DNA of 54,522 nt, filler included, from Squatina squatina (GCA_031763465.1; 2 parts of 2 records of this genome joined end to end with filler, not necessarily neighbours in it), one strand, 5' to 3'. Counted from the first letter of the whole stretch, positions 25,400-39,519 are shown. Numbers and translations are program-made. Notes: generated by a model from the sequence alone, not told the origin.

Positions 25400-25577
25400 C
25401 GAAGGAAGACCATACCTTGGTTTAACATCTCGTCCAAAGGATAGCATCTCCGACAGGGCTGCGCTCCCTCAGTATTGCACTGAACTGTCAGTTTAGATTA
25501 TCTGCTCAAGTCCTGCAGTGGGGCTCGAATCCACAACCTTCTGACTCAGGGCTAAGAGTGCTACCCACAGCTCCACC
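25400..25577 (-). mobile_element. tRNA-derived SINE 5' part (DeuSINE/SacSINE1-like)
   Basis: Minus strand: A-box-like TGGAGCTGTGGGTAGC, B-box GGATTCGAGCCC, then CAGTGCAATACTGAGGGAGCGCAGC..GAGATGTTAAACCAAGG, resembling the Deu domain. Confidence 0.65.
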
Positions 25578-26180
25578 TAATTTGCTGATCTCAGCCAGAG
25601 TGACAGTGCTATAATTGACTTCAGTGACCCTGAGCGAGGCGGCAGCACCTTGGGGAGGGGGAGGGTGGAGGGAGATAAAAATTCAACTCGTTGATTTACT
25701 TGGTATTTGAATTGAAATCAGCTGTAATCCTTCGCATATTAACAGTAATATTACAATAACTAATGATGTGTATTTCAACATATCTCGCTATACAGTCGGT
25801 GTCTTTCCCACAGTTAATAGATTAATTGGCAAATCACCGCCAATTCCCATAATTCCTTAGATTAAAACAGAGTATTAAAGTGAAGCCACAGAACTGCAGC
25901 AGTCTCTGCACACAACCAGCAGAATTACCAAATGTTGAGACTGGTAATCTTCGTGAGCCTTGCCCTGTTTGGTGAGTAGAAATGTTTGTATCTTACAGTA
26001 TAACTGGATGTTGAGCAGGCATTACTTTGGTCACCATCGATCCAATCTGGTTCAGTGTGATCTGGACTCCTCTCGCTCATTTTAAATGAGTCTCTTCTAC
26101 ATTGACGTAGACTTATAATAGAGGCTACTCCACATAAGCACAAGTCTTGTGAAGTAACTCCGAGAAGGTCTGCCTGCTGT

Positions 26181-26280
26181 NNNNNNNNNNNNNNNNNNNN
26201 NNNNNNNNNNNNNNNNNNNNNNNNTTAATTAATTAANNNNNNNNNNNNNNNNNNNNNNNNNNNNNNNNNNNNNNNNNNNN
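26181..26280. other. Artificial contig/scaffold spacer (N44-TTAATTAATTAA-N44)
   Basis: A 12-mer with stops in all six frames, centred exactly in 100 positions. Confidence 0.95.
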
Positions 26281-27440
26281 CAGGAATTCACATTACTGTA
26301 CTTTTAGAACATAGTGAACACAACTGTGGAGTCATGCAGCTTTAAAACAAAAAAAAAAGCCTTTAGGTTTATTTTGTGTTTGCAAGCCAACTAATCACAG
26401 AATTAAGAACAGAAACTGCACTGACAGCAAACATGGCACAGAAGCATGCATTGCAAACATTAACACTCCTTTCCACATGTATGCGATTTATTTATATTAA
26501 TAGTGTCAAAGGTTTTGCAGATACTGGGAATACGGGACTTTAAACATCTGTGTGAAAATGTTGTCTAATGTACAACAGACACCATGTACCCATCGAAAAC
26601 ATAACCCAGCCACAGAGATTCAGAAGATAATACTGGATAGGCAGATCTAAAGTTCCAGTCAGACAATCAAGTCTTTGCAAAACTACTCCAGGTTAAGTAT
26701 ATAGGAAGTAGCCTTTATATTAATAATTAGTTAGCAATCTTACATTATCATTTACATTATACATGGTGTAATAATGTAATTTCGTTCCTCTAGCAGTGCT
26801 GGCAATTGTGTTACAAATGTTGTTAATCATTAAACTTTAAAATAAAAAGTCCAGGTTTGATGATGTATGCAAAATATTGTAGTGCAAGTTACACAAAAAT
26901 ATTTATTTATACATTTTTATTTCCTTGAGATGATATATTATTGCTTTTGTCCTATCTACTATAAAGGCATGTTCTACAATTAGTGCTTCCATATACACTA
27001 CAGTGAAAAACACTCATCTAGAGTTTCCAAATTCCGCCTTGATGAACAAATATCCACATCAGTATTGCTATTTTGTGTGTCTTGTTTGCTCCTTTTTCCT
27101 AATGAATAACATAGTGCTACCTCTTGTAGAACTCATTATCAGCAATCAAATAAAATTTGTGAATTTTGTGGAGAGACCTGACCTGTGAAAAAGTATTTGG
27201 ACTTTACAACGATTGGAGTCGGTTTTTGTCATTAAAATATAAATCCCCCAATTTCCACAGATTTTTTTTGACTGCAATTTTAAACAGCTCCATGGTACTT
27301 CATATAGCATTAGAAATGTATTATTCTAAGCAATAGGTTGAGGAGGATCCCAAGTTCAATGACTGAACTGGAATGTTAGCTAATGAAAGAAGGGAATTTT
27401 CCTACACTGAAGAGGGAACAGTCATGCAAGTTTTCAGTCC

Positions 27441-28160
27441 TAGGGGCCCCAATTTGACTGTGCCGAAACTGGCTGCAGCATTCGAGGCCCCACAACCAGG
27501 GGCGTGCCGCACTGGCAGCGTGGATTTGGTGAGCGGCCTTTGTGACTTTGTCACCGTTCTGGGTCAGCATAACGTGGCAACGCTAAATTAGCATTGCCAC
27601 GGCGCTGACCCGGCCAATGCNNNNNNNNNNNNNNNNNNNNNNNNNNNNNNNNNNNNNNNNNNNNNNNNNNNNNNNNNNNNNNNNNNNNNNNNNNNNNNNN
27701 NNNNNNNNNNNNNNNNNNNNCAGCAAGACTTCCTTACCTCTATACTCCAACTCCCTTGAAATAAAGGCCAACATTCCATTAGCCTTCCTTATTATCTGCC
27801 GCACTTGTGTGTTAGCATCACGGAGCAATACAATGGAGCCTAATCTGACTGCTCTCACTTGCGCTGGATTCTCTGAGCTGAGGCCTGTGTCACCGCTGAA
27901 AAATGCAGGTGTTGGCACCGTTGGATTTAGTGCACACTGACACTGTACAATTTCGGACGGTCAGCCATTTTGGGTGCCGCGCGCACTTATGATGTCATAG
28001 CGCCATGATTATGCTTCAGCCAGCACTTCAAGCATTATGGGACTTGCGCCCGTTTTGCGCCAGTGCGAACAGAACCCAAATTTTGCGCCGGAGATTTCAC
28101 GCCCAAAGTGCCTTTACGCCCATTTCGCACCAAAAGTTACCTGCGAATTGGGCGCCCTTA
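27441..28160. mobile_element. GC-rich MITE-like repeat segments flanking a gap and a short CR1 fragment (27721-27800)
   Basis: TA-GGGGCCCCAATT at the left and AATTGGGCGCCCT-TA at the right are imperfect inverted termini. The interior is CpG-rich within an AT-rich background. Confidence 0.35.
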
Positions 28161-31100
28161 GTTCCTTATTGATGTTTGCAAAAGGATTTAGGCTGCTTTA
28201 GATGACATTACAACAGGTGATCACAGGGAAACTCCAAAATAGTATGGTGCATAATATAAAGTGAGTAAAATTGTTTGACTACCAGTTTGATCCGAAACGC
28301 TGCAATTCAATGGATTTTAAGCATTTCCTCTATGCTCAATTTAGTTTGCCTGTGTAGACAAATACAAAGCTTAATTTTAATTGCTTTATAGTTGAACCTT
28401 GCAGAATCCACACAGTTCAACTTAGTCGTATTTTATTCAAATAATTTGGTAAAATAGTCATAGCCTGATAAATTGCTGACAGTCTTTTAACAAACTGACT
28501 GTCTCCCTTTGGCGTGACTTTATGACATTACTTCTGCAGCAAAATAAAAAGTAGAAGATTACAGTTTCATATACATTTGTTTAGAGCATTGAAAGTTTGA
28601 AATTGTTGGCGTGAAATGTTTCTGGAATTTCAAACCTTTAACAGAAAATGTGCAAATTTGTTTTCTCAGTGTTGCAACTTTCAAAATACACACATACAAA
28701 TATAATAGTGTTTTGAAAACTGAAAGACAAACTTGTTTAAAATAGTGACACTGTGAAAGCAAGTCATTACACTTCTGCACTGTTCTAGTGTAATATGTGG
28801 CACAGAAGGAGAGTAAATTGCTCTTTGAACATAGAAAAGTAATTTGGGATGGGTATTACAGCCAAATTTAAGTGCAATTTTGATTTAAAAATTAATGCCC
28901 AACAGGTTTTAGCACAAAATGATTTGTAATGAGTACATGGGTGTCCTATTAGATCGAACAGCCATTTACTCAATGCATTAGCACTAAACCTACATAGTAG
29001 GCTTCAGTTGCCTTTGCCTATGCCAGCTATGGTTAGCTGCTTCTTACAATTTGTTGGATGTTGTCTTGATTGATTGTGATGAGTGTTTCCAGATAATGAG
29101 AAGTTTCACATTGATTACTTGGCTACAGGCAAATACTTCATTGACATTCAACCTTAGCCTTCAGGGCAATTGATTTCAATAATTCAAACAGAGGCAAGTA
29201 GTCTTCAGCAACCCAAGCAGGTTTTTGAATTGTCTTTATTACACAAGACCAGTGTGATGTGTTAATATGGCACAACCTTCATTATTCTTGTCATGTGGCA
29301 CTTAATTTATGTTGGAGCAGCAGTCATGAATTATGTTTTTTGTAAACTCTAATTGCGAAGGCGTAGCAATTGGAATTGGTGGTGACCTGCAGGAACAAAT
29401 CATTAACTGGAATGCTTGAGGAATCAATGTAACTCTGGACCGACGCATGCATTTGGCTATAATATTGAATCCCTCTGGTCTGTTTTATATAGTTTCTGTA
29501 GCAACCAACATTTAGTCTTACTGTACTGTTAATTCAAATAATCTTTTTCTGCGAGTATTGGTCCAAAAAAGGAGAATTCTGTTGCTTTGTTCTTTGAACC
29601 TTATTCAATGTGTATTTAAGTAGAATCATCAGAGTTTAGTATGATAAATATAGAGCTCACTGCTTTTCAGAAAGTTTCAGAGTCTCAGAAGAAAATGATA
29701 CTCCCAGACACATTTTTAGAGATGTATGTGAATATTTGTAAGATTATTTGATTTTTGCTTCTTATCATGTAGCGGCAATTTTAACCCTGCCCNNNNNNNN
29801 NNNNNNNNNNNNNNNNNNNNNNNNNNNNNNNNNNNNNNNNNNNNNNNNNNNNNNNNNNNNNNNNNNNNNNNNNNNNNNNNNNNNNNNNNNNNAGCATGTT
29901 AGAGCACCAATGGAAGGACTGGAGTGTGGGTTTGATGCCATTGAGTTCCAAATCTAAGCTACACTGCTGTAGGGATGAAAAATTGGAGGGAGAGAACTTT
30001 CTCAGTTGCCATTATGTGCCTCCTAGTGCAATGGATCATTTCTTAAGGCTGTCTTTTTGTCCTTCCACAACTGTACATATTCCAGGTGTGTTTGCATAGA
30101 AGCCTCGAACTTTGGAGGCAGAGAGATAATGCATGAGTATGGGATCCACACAGACAGGCAAAAAACTATAAGCTCAAGCCACTCCAGCTTGTTTACTTTA
30201 ATCTTGATTCAGCAATTTAACAAAAAAACAGAATTCTAATTTAACAATTGTTTCACATTTCTTATTTAAGATAGCCTGCAATTTTTCATATGCTGTTTCC
30301 CAGAAATTGAACTGTGCCATAGCTTTTTGTGTTTATTTTAAGGAACAATTTTCTTTGGGGAATTGATCTATAAATAAATTGTGACATTTTGATTAATAAA
30401 ATTATTGCTTTTGCTTCTCACCTTATTCATGCTCTGATACTGACCTGTCCTTTAGTGTGGCAACTTAATTTGGTTCATCTACAATAGACCATGATAAAGG
30501 TCAGTGATGGGTAAAAGCAATCTCTGCTAATTTGGGGTTTATATTCCTCGGTATTTCATTTCTGACAGTTTTATCTTGTGTCATTACACACTGAGCTTAT
30601 CTATTTGTCCAGGCGATAGCCTAATCTTTGCTTATTTACAAAATACGGGAGAATGGAATGCACATCACTGATTTTTATTGTCCATCTGCAGTTCCAGCAT
30701 GATTATTGAAAATNNNNNNNNNNNNNNNNNNNNNNNNNNNNNNNNNNNNNNNNNNNNNNNNNNNNNNNNNNNNNNNNNNNNNNNNNNNNNNNNNNNNNNN
30801 NNNNNNNNNNNNNCTGACCGCGCGTGCGCGGCCTCTCGATGCAGCCAGCAGGTGCGTTTTGTCCCGGTTTGGCCTTTCTAAAATCTGGTCACCCGAGCAA
30901 TTTGACCATTGGCCATGAAGACTACAGGGCCCGAAGTGGACCTCTCGTCTTCGTTGACTTCGCTGTTCTCAACCAGGGTAGCACTTGAAGGAGAGGAGCT
31001 CCACAGGTCTGAGGTCCTGGAAAAGAATGAGTTAGAGTAGGAAATTGTGCAAAAAATCTCTATTTCAACACAGAAGTGTGCAGTAGGCTATTGGACATCT

Positions 31101-32106
31101 CCTGTTAATACTACAGTGTAATTTAGACTCATTTGCAGCCCTTTCAATGGCCTTCCACCAAAGTGGCAGCTGAAGTCTGCTGGAAGGAGGGTGGATATTC
31201 AGCATTCAGCTGCATCATGCTGTGGCATCAAAACTCATTTTATAAATAAATATGCTCCCAGTAAGAGCACTGAATTCCTCTTACTTTTTGTTGCATTGGC
31301 CCTTGAAAATCCTGCTAATTATTGCTTAATGCACAAAAATTTACAAATATTGTACATGTTAAAAGAAAAACTTGGAACCAATTGGGTCAGTCAAGACTGT
31401 ATTGCACATATTATTGTTGTAACTATTGCTTTGTTCCATTAAGTGATTACTGATTTAGAAATAGCTTGGAATTATTTTAAATACAAATCTCTCCCTCTCC
31501 CTGAAAACCTCACACGGCCTTCCTGCAATATCTTATTGTTTAAAATATACAAGTTGTATGCTTGCCATTGGGACCCTTAATGAAATAACATTGTAAACCT
31601 TTTCTGATGAGAACAAGTTAAGATCTCCAGAGAGCTAGTTGGCCTTTCCTGCGCTAATTCATCTACCCAAAATGTATTTGTTTCTTTGGGCTAGGCAGAG
31701 GCAAATTGCCAGCAGCAGTCACCTTTCAACATGTTGAACTCTTGTTTCCTGCCATTTTCAAATAGTTTTCCCCAGGAAACTCTGTCTGAGCCCGTGAAAA
31801 GCATTGGTCTTTTGGGAGCAGTCACAGCAAAATTCCCATGTTGAAATACTATAGTGCGCGAATAAACAATCTGAATGCACCGCAGCTGCCTGAAAGTGTG
31901 TGGCACAGCAATTACACAATCTGTGGGTTTGATGACATCAATGCGACCATTAAAGTTCACATTGTTTACAAACTCATCAGATAGTCAATAGTGTGCACTA
32001 GACTATNNNNNNNNNNNNNNNNNNNNNNNNNNNNNNNNNNNNNNNNNNNNNNNNNNNNNNNNNNNNNNNNNNNNNNNNNNNNNNNNNNNNNNNNNNNNNN
32101 NNNNNN

Positions 32107-32783
32107 TTGACAATGATGAGTATATAGCACAGGCAGATGGCGACGACGGGAATGAGAAAGCCCATTAAAAACGTGTAGACCACGAACACCGCTTGCCACT
32201 GCACGATCGGCTTGGGCATCTGCATATTGCAGGCAACCGAGCCGTCGGAGTTGGTGGCCGTGTCCGCAAAGATAATGATGGGCAGGATAACCAAAATGGA
32301 CATGAGCCACACTGCTAGGTTGACCATTTTAGCTATGGTGGGTCTTCTGTAACTGGCAGCTTTGATGGGGTGCACCACAGCAATGTATCTGTCCACACTG
32401 AGGACAGTGAGGCAGTAGATGCTGGTGAACATGTTGATGGCATCCACACTGAGTACCACGCGGCAGAGCAAAGAGCCGAAAGGCCAGTGACCCAGCAAGG
32501 TTGAGGTTACCAGAAAGGGCACGCTCAGCATGAAGAGCTCATCGGCGATGGCCAAGTTCAAGATGTAGATGTTGGTGGCCGTCTTCATTTTGGCATACCT
32601 TAAGATCACGTATATGACTAATGAGTTCCCACACAGTCCAACAAAGCAAACGACTGAATAGATGAATGAGATAAGTATGGCACTGCTGTGGGTTCCGCTC
32701 GAAGTCCCATTCTGAGTAAAGTTGGCAGTGCCCATGGCATCATCTAGGATGGCGAAGTGCTTGGCGGAGTCATTGGGCAACAT
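32107..32783 (-). CDS. SSTR1: Somatostatin receptor type 1 (N-terminus to TM5; remainder lost in the gap at 32007-32106)
   Basis: [108 protein letters not shown]-like..ACNMQMP is SSTR1-specific. Synteny with TTC6/FOXA1 agrees. Confidence 0.95.
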
Positions 32784-33859
32784 CTTTTGAGAACCCAGCG
32801 CAAAGCTTCCCTTTCTCAAATCATTCCTTGTTCGTATCTCGCTGGCAATCCAACGGGCATCTCCTGGAGCTCGCTTCTTTCTTTCTGCTCATTCTCACTC
32901 CGAAGTGTATGAACTGGCGAGTGAAGAGGTAGAAGTGTGGAGGCAGGGGTCGGGCGCTCTGCACCGGTCCTCTCTCGCAGACAAGCTGCCGAGGAATNNN
33001 NNNNNNNNNNNNNNNNNNNNNNNNNNNNNNNNNNNNNNNNNNNNNNNNNNNNNNNNNNNNNNNNNNNNNNNNNNNNNNNNNNNNNNNNNNNNNNNNNATT
33101 TTGATTAATATTAGTCAGATTAAAATTACTACTGGCTGCTATTTGAAAGAACTGTAAGAATAGATCTGATTATTAAAAATCCAAACACATTAACCAATAT
33201 ACCACTCAATTTTACTTTACAAACAGATTAATGGTCCAGAACATGTTTACATACAGATTATAATACTCCTTTTTTAAGTAGAATTTCATTTTCTGAATAA
33301 AACACATTGTAGCATTCAATCAATATAAGCAGACAATATTACATTAAAGTCAACTACAAATATAGGCATTTGCTAGAATAAATGATCAAATACATGTATG
33401 CTGTTTTTGAATATATTACATAATCATCATATGACAGTAACTCGTGGGCAGCTTGTGAATTTTTAATTTAAGATAAAGATTGGCATATTGAATATAATCT
33501 ACAGTTTCACACATACAACACAACTTTTCACCATGGAATCTTATTTATGTTTTAGGTTTTAATGAAGATGTAGGGCTATCTTAGTTTACTTCCAATGCTT
33601 TCAACTTATCAAGCTTTTATACCAGTGCACAGTCAGAAAATCCTAGACGATATCTGCTGAGCTGTCAATCATAGCAGTGATCATGCATTATTAACCAGAC
33701 TCATTAGTTTCCTAGGACGTGGGGTTTGGCAGGGTACTTTGTATTCTGTGGCAGCTCCTGGACTCACCAGTTCAATGCAGCCAGATCCTGCTACTCGCAA
33801 GATCACAAAATGACAGTGGATGAGGAAGACCAATTAGCCTATCTCAGTTCACCTATCTG

Positions 33860-34420
33860 CAATAACTTACAGTTCCCTTTCATGGCTTTCAAATGTTTCT
33901 TCGATGGTTCCACAAATTTTGCCTCCAATAGTCTGCCAGGAAGACTATTCCAAGTGTTAATCACTCATTGGGTGAAGAAGAGTTCCTTACATTAGTACTA
34001 CATTTGTCTTTCTCTAGTTTGAATCTCAGCTCCCTAGTGCTCTGAATTTACCTTTTCCATAATATTTACTTTATTATTCATGCTCACACTTCGATCCTCA
34101 TACACTAGACTTCAGCTTTGTCACTCTCCCTTCCAAAATCTCCAGGGCTTGTACATTTGCTTTGTGTCGTTGGCCAAAACTGGACACATTACTTAAGTTT
34201 CAGCCTCACGTCACTTGACTTGTATTCTACTGATTTAGTACCATAATGCAGCCAACTATTTACTATGTAGCAAAGCTCCACAATGTTTGGACTTTTAAAT
34301 TATCAGATCTATTAATACCCCCTAATCCTTTCAACTTCTCCATTAGCCACCTCAACATGGTTCTTGGAGTAAATATCTCTCATTTTTTTCCAATGTGCAA
34401 TACCCAACACTTATTCCTGT
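33860..34420 (-). mobile_element. Highly decayed CR1-type LINE 3' fragment
   Basis: 'aagactattccaagtgttaatcactcattgggtgaagaag' is the reverse of FFTQ.VI.TWNSLP; 'ccaaaactggacaca' is the reverse of CVQFW. Confidence 0.45.
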
Positions 34421-35221
34421 TTGCATCTTCCACTGCTCCAGCCAGTTACAGATTTCATTTAATTCCTTTGTAGGTCTTTTCCTGCCCTGTCAGTTGCAAA
34501 TGTTAACCCTCCTGGGATGTAGGTTTCACGGAGTGTCTTTCATCTAATTAATGGCTGCGTTAGATATAGTCTGTGCCATTCTTTTGAGTCCTTTTTTGGG
34601 GGCCTGGCCGCAGGCAGGCTTGTGTCTTGTCCCACCTGTACTGAGTTATCAGACGTTCCCAACAGTAGATAATGTCCTGGGCAGGCCTGGAAACTCACCA
34701 ATGAACAGTTCCAAAATTTACCCAATAGAGTAGATTTGGCAATCTGACCCGTATCACTGTACCACTTCCAATGGACCAGTTCAGTAATCATAAAGTACAT
34801 GAAACTTGGCAACAAAGATGGTGGATACTGCATTTGCAGGCATTTCTCCCATTGAAGCTATCCAGTTGACAGGGAGGCATCTCTCCCTATGATTCTGTCC
34901 GACTGGCCGCTCCGTCATGGAGCAGTATTCCTTCTGGAACCATGAAAAAGTCTATTCACACTCAGAAAAGAGGGCAATTGTGAGTAGTTATAATGCTAGG
35001 ATCAAACGAGGGTCTCCAGGTCAACAAGGAGGTCCCAGAAGATCCCAGAGGTCATCACATATCTATCCATCTGTTAGGATTTTGGTATTTCTCTACATTG
35101 CTTGATTGAGCACATTCTCTCNNNNNNNNNNNNNNNNNNNNNNNNNNNNNNNNNNNNNNNNNNNNNNNNNNNNNNNNNNNNNNNNNNNNNNNNNNNNNNN
35201 NNNNNNNNNNNNNNNNNNNNN

Positions 35222-35470
35222 TTAAATGTTAAACCGAAGACCTGTCTGCCTAATCCAGTTTCAGCATGTAAAAGATCCCATGGCACAATTCACAGATATG
35301 CTGGAAATTTTCCCAGTGTCTTGGCCAATATTCATTTGTTGTCTGTGGGACTTTGCTGTGCACAAAATGGCTGCTATGTTTGCTTACAGAACAAAGGTTA
35401 CCCATTGCTTGTGAAACATTTAATGATGATGACATGGTAAGGTTCTATTTAAATGCACGACGTTCTTTAT
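35222..35470 (+). mobile_element. DeuSINE-like fragment (central domain and 3' tail)
   Basis: tgttaaaccgaag..gtaaaagatcccatggcac..gtgtcttggccaatatt..gtgggactttgctgtgcacaaaatggctgc. Confidence 0.6.
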
Positions 35471-37432
35471 AAGTAAAGCTCTGAAATGAAGAAGCAGTAC
35501 AGAATGCTTTAAACTGTCTCTGGTAGTACAAAAATTTTTCCTATTTGGAAGAAGACATAGTCTTCTTGTAAAAGGCATAGTCAAGTCTTGCCTGTTTACA
35601 ATTCCCCTTATAGTACNNNNNNNNNNCCTTGGATAATCTAAATTTTTATTGGAGCATGGCTTGTCACAAACTGATTGAGTGAACCTTCATTCTTGTTTAT
35701 TCTTGCCACGTATTCAAAAGAGTTTTTCATTTACTAATGTGTACATTATCAAATTGCATCTGTTTCCATTTGGTGAAAGTTAATTTTCTGCAGACAAGAA
35801 TAGCCAGTGTCAAGGAATTGTAATATACAAGATGTATTTCTATACAATGATGGATGGATAGGGATGAGTTGCATACAGAGTAACGGATAGAGTGAGCAAA
35901 CTAGATATAAGGTAAGCCTATCAGTGCACACAGTGAGTCTGGCCAAAAACCAAGAAAGATCCCCTTCAAATTTGCCATATATTTTAATATTTATAATATA
36001 CTTTGCTGTTTCTTTGCCTCTATTTATTAAATAGTTAAGGTTGAGTTAGGGCTGAAGTGGTTGTTGAGGTTAGATTTTGTTTCATTTAATTCAGCCACTG
36101 GGGAATTCATATTCGCCTTCACCACTTGGGCAGTAATCTGACAGAGCGAATNNNNNNNNNNNNNNNNNNNNNNNNNNNNNNNNNNNNNNNNNNNNNNNNN
36201 NNNNNNNNNNNNNNNNNNNNNNNNNNNNNNNNNNNNNNNNNNNNNNNNNNNGGACATCTGCACGGAGCTTGTAAAATAGAGCATCACCTGGCTTTAGCTG
36301 TAGTGCTGCAAAAATATGTTAAAGACAGGTTAATAGCACAACCAACATAATTTTAATTGCACTTATTTGTTTAGTTTATTTTAACTTAACCATAGCACAT
36401 AAATTTAAAGCAGAAAGAATTTGGTTTTGATATTAAACTGTAATTTGTCTTTTGTTTAGGTTCCTTTAGATTTTTTTATTATGAAATTATCTTTCTTCTT
36501 ACTAGCATTTCTAACATTGGAAGTCTGTTTTAACTTTTCTGCAATGTTGTGAATAAGATTGTTGTGGGCTAGAGAAAGAAAATTGTGTTATTGAGTAGGA
36601 GTTAATACAGTGCAACAATGGACGTTTCTTGAAGACATTCATGTATATAAAACATAAGATTGACAAGAAGGCTCGGTGAAAATCAATGAGATTAGCAGTC
36701 ACAGCAGAAGAGTAAACAGAGCAGAATGCACAACCACATAACAGCCAAAGCAGACTTATGCAGAATGTAAGAAAATCAGATTTTGTGGTCAGCGGTGAAC
36801 GGATGACATTAGCCATTCGTTACACTTACACTTGCCTACAGACTTTCTATGAGATTTTGCACTGGAACTTGCAGTGATTTAAAATCCAAAACAGNNNNNN
36901 NNNNCTTTGATAAGAATAAAAATGAATAGAAGTTCAAACTTTACATGGGATCTGGGACCAGTGTAAACAGGGCAAGTAACTTAAACCTTAAACAATCAGA
37001 CTGAAGATTGTTCTGAGCCACGCAGGCCTGAATCTTGACTCGCAAATACAGGTGACTTGGGGTCATGTCAGAACTTAAAATGCAAAAAAATCTGGAACAG
37101 GAACAGAACCAGCCTTGAACCTGCCCACTTCCAGTTTTAACGGNNNNNNNNNNNNNNNNNNNNNNNNNNNNNNNNNNNNNNNNNNNNNNNNNNNNNNNNN
37201 NNNNNNNNNNNNNNNNNNNNNNNNNNNNNNNNNNNNNNNNNNNATGCATATATACATATACATTTAATTTATAATTTGCAGATAAAAGTTACCTTTATGG
37301 TAATATAATATCTAATTCATGGTTTTTTCCTAAACTTAGATTTGGGAATGTTTGTTAGAGATTTTTCGGTGCATCTCACAGCACCTGTCATTTTACAAGA
37401 CGCTTGTAAAAAATGTGTATGTTTCATCTTAC

Positions 37433-37658
37433 CCTGTGAATAATCTTTCTCAGCATCTTTGTATTGCTTTAGAGTAGCATAGAGGTTTGCTCTGTTGAAG
37501 TATATGTGAGCTGAATAAGGACTAAGTTTAATAGCTTCTTCAAAGTCTTCCAGTGCCTCTTTGGCATGCCGAAGCAGAACATGGCATATGGCTCGATTCA
37601 GCAAAGCAGATTCATCGTCTGGTTGCAGATCAATTGCCTTGGTATAGTAGTCATGAGC
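37433..37658 (-). CDS. TTC6: TTC6 TPR exon (near C-terminus)
   Basis: AG/GT-bounded, 226 nt: AHDYYTKAIDLQPDDESALLNRAICHVLL..YSAHIYFNRANLYATLKQYKDAEKDYSQ. Confidence 0.85.
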
Positions 37659-38265
37659 CTGGGAAGTAATTACATTGAGATCATTTAAAATGATTACATT
37701 TCATTGGTGGAATGCCTTTCCAAATTAGCACAATTTTACACATCTGTAATCAGGCATCAGATAATTGAACAATAAGTCACACTTATTAATCAAAGGACAA
37801 AACTGTCAGTTGCAGATCATAGCTGTAAGGAAATAAAGATGGCAAATATTAAAGACCATTCCATATTTGGTAATGAATTCTTGAATATTTCTGNNNNNNN
37901 NNNNNNNNNNNNNNNNNNNNNNNNNNNNNNNNNNNNNNNNNNNNNNNNNNNNNNNNNNNNNNNNNNNNNNNNNNNNNNNNNNNNNNNNNNNNNTTTTGTA
38001 CATCTGGTTGTCTTCCATTTTGTGGTACTGGCTTGCCCAAATATTCTCCATTTTGTATCGAATTCTACACAAAACTCTTTCAAAGCTGACATTTTAACAG
38101 TAATTAACAGGACAATATAACACTAACAGTTGAGGATAGCTGACCATTTCCATGCTGCTGTATTTCCATCTTGCTGTCTTCAGGATCTCCACATGAAGTG
38201 GATGTTATTTTATACAGTTTTACAAGATGTGATACATTTGCAATAGACTGGCCACCTGCAGTCCA

Positions 38266-38427
38266 ATAAATTTATAATGAGAGTCAGAATCAGGTTAGCT
38301 TAGAGACAGACAAATATGATTCATTTACATCTTTGCTTCAAACAAACAATAATTGAATAATAATTCACATTAAGTGGCTGCGTAAGTCTCTAAGCTAACC
38401 TGATCCTGATTCTCGGTATAAATTTAT
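38266..38427. repeat. Inverted repeat, 42-bp arms (38/42 match), 78-nt spacer
   Basis: ataaatttataatgagagtcagaatcaggttagcttagagac versus gtctctaagctaacctgatcctgattctcggtataaatttat. Confidence 0.9.
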
Positions 38428-39519
38428 GTGGCTATTTGCCTTGGCTGCCATTAAGTAGGATGGCTGCGAGAGTGGTCAGTTTTTGTTAAAGAGCAAGCTG
38501 AGGTGAAGAGATGAGAAATGTGGAACTATATTTAGAAGCCCTGTTGTTTAAGTCAAGTAACATGGCCCACCAATGTTGGGAAAGGTGGCGTGGTTTTTTT
38601 CCTTTCTAATTTTACACAAATCTAAGTTATTGAACCAAGCAAATCCAATTATAGCTGTTGCTGTGTACATTTCACTTTACTGTGGAGCAAAGACACCTAA
38701 CAATTTGAAGCAAGCCTTGTCTCACGCCAAAGTGCACCATTGGAAAAACTGAAGAAATACACAAGTGAAAGACATGAATATCCGTGCAGGTCACAAGGGG
38801 GGTATTATTGTTACACTCTGTTTTATGCTATTATGCAAGTAGAGTTAGGGCAGTGTGAGTCAAATCCCATGAAACTCAGATACTCAGACCACTTACGGGA
38901 GCGACTGACAGCATTGAACCCAAGAAGGTATGTACGGCAGACCCGAATTCATAACAATTCCTAGCTTTGGTTAGCTTCTAGAATCAGAAGTGGTATATTT
39001 TTAGATTTTCCTCAGGTATTTCTCTCACGCTCAAAACTACCACCATAAGTGAGCCTTTTCTCCCTGGAAATCTGCTCGTGTCTTTCTATGCCCACTATCT
39101 GGTAATGCAGTGAGTCAAGGGGTAGAACAGAAATCCTTGTGACTGTATTTAGCCTACTAGATATACAAGACCTCCTAAACTTTGGAAAACAGTAGAATAA
39201 ATATTCCAGCAGACCATGGTTTAGTCTATGATCCATGAACAGGTATAGTACAATTAACAGATAAGCAGTAGCAATGCACAATAAAGCAGGTTGCAATAGC
39301 TTACTGAGTATATTTATGCCCCCTTGAGCAGGGAAGGTAAAAAAAAGATGCAGTATTCACTAAGACTTTTATTACTATTGGAACTGTGATCACATTTAAC
39401 AATAACTTTACATCAGGCTGTTTGTCTTTTCCCTATGCCTTTCTCTTGGCCTCAGGAGAATTGGTAAACTGGGAGCACGAGATATTTCCCAGTAATCTTT
39501 GTAGTTTGACCAAAGAAAA

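Noticed and set aside
32784-32819. TTG-initiated N-terminal extension of SSTR1 from the ORF track
   Set aside because: The ATG at 32783 (MLPN) matches the SSTR1 start (MFPN); the extension is unsupported.
35470-35616. Candidate last TTC6 exon
   Set aside because: Translations show no TPR pattern or resemblance to the TTC6 C-terminus.
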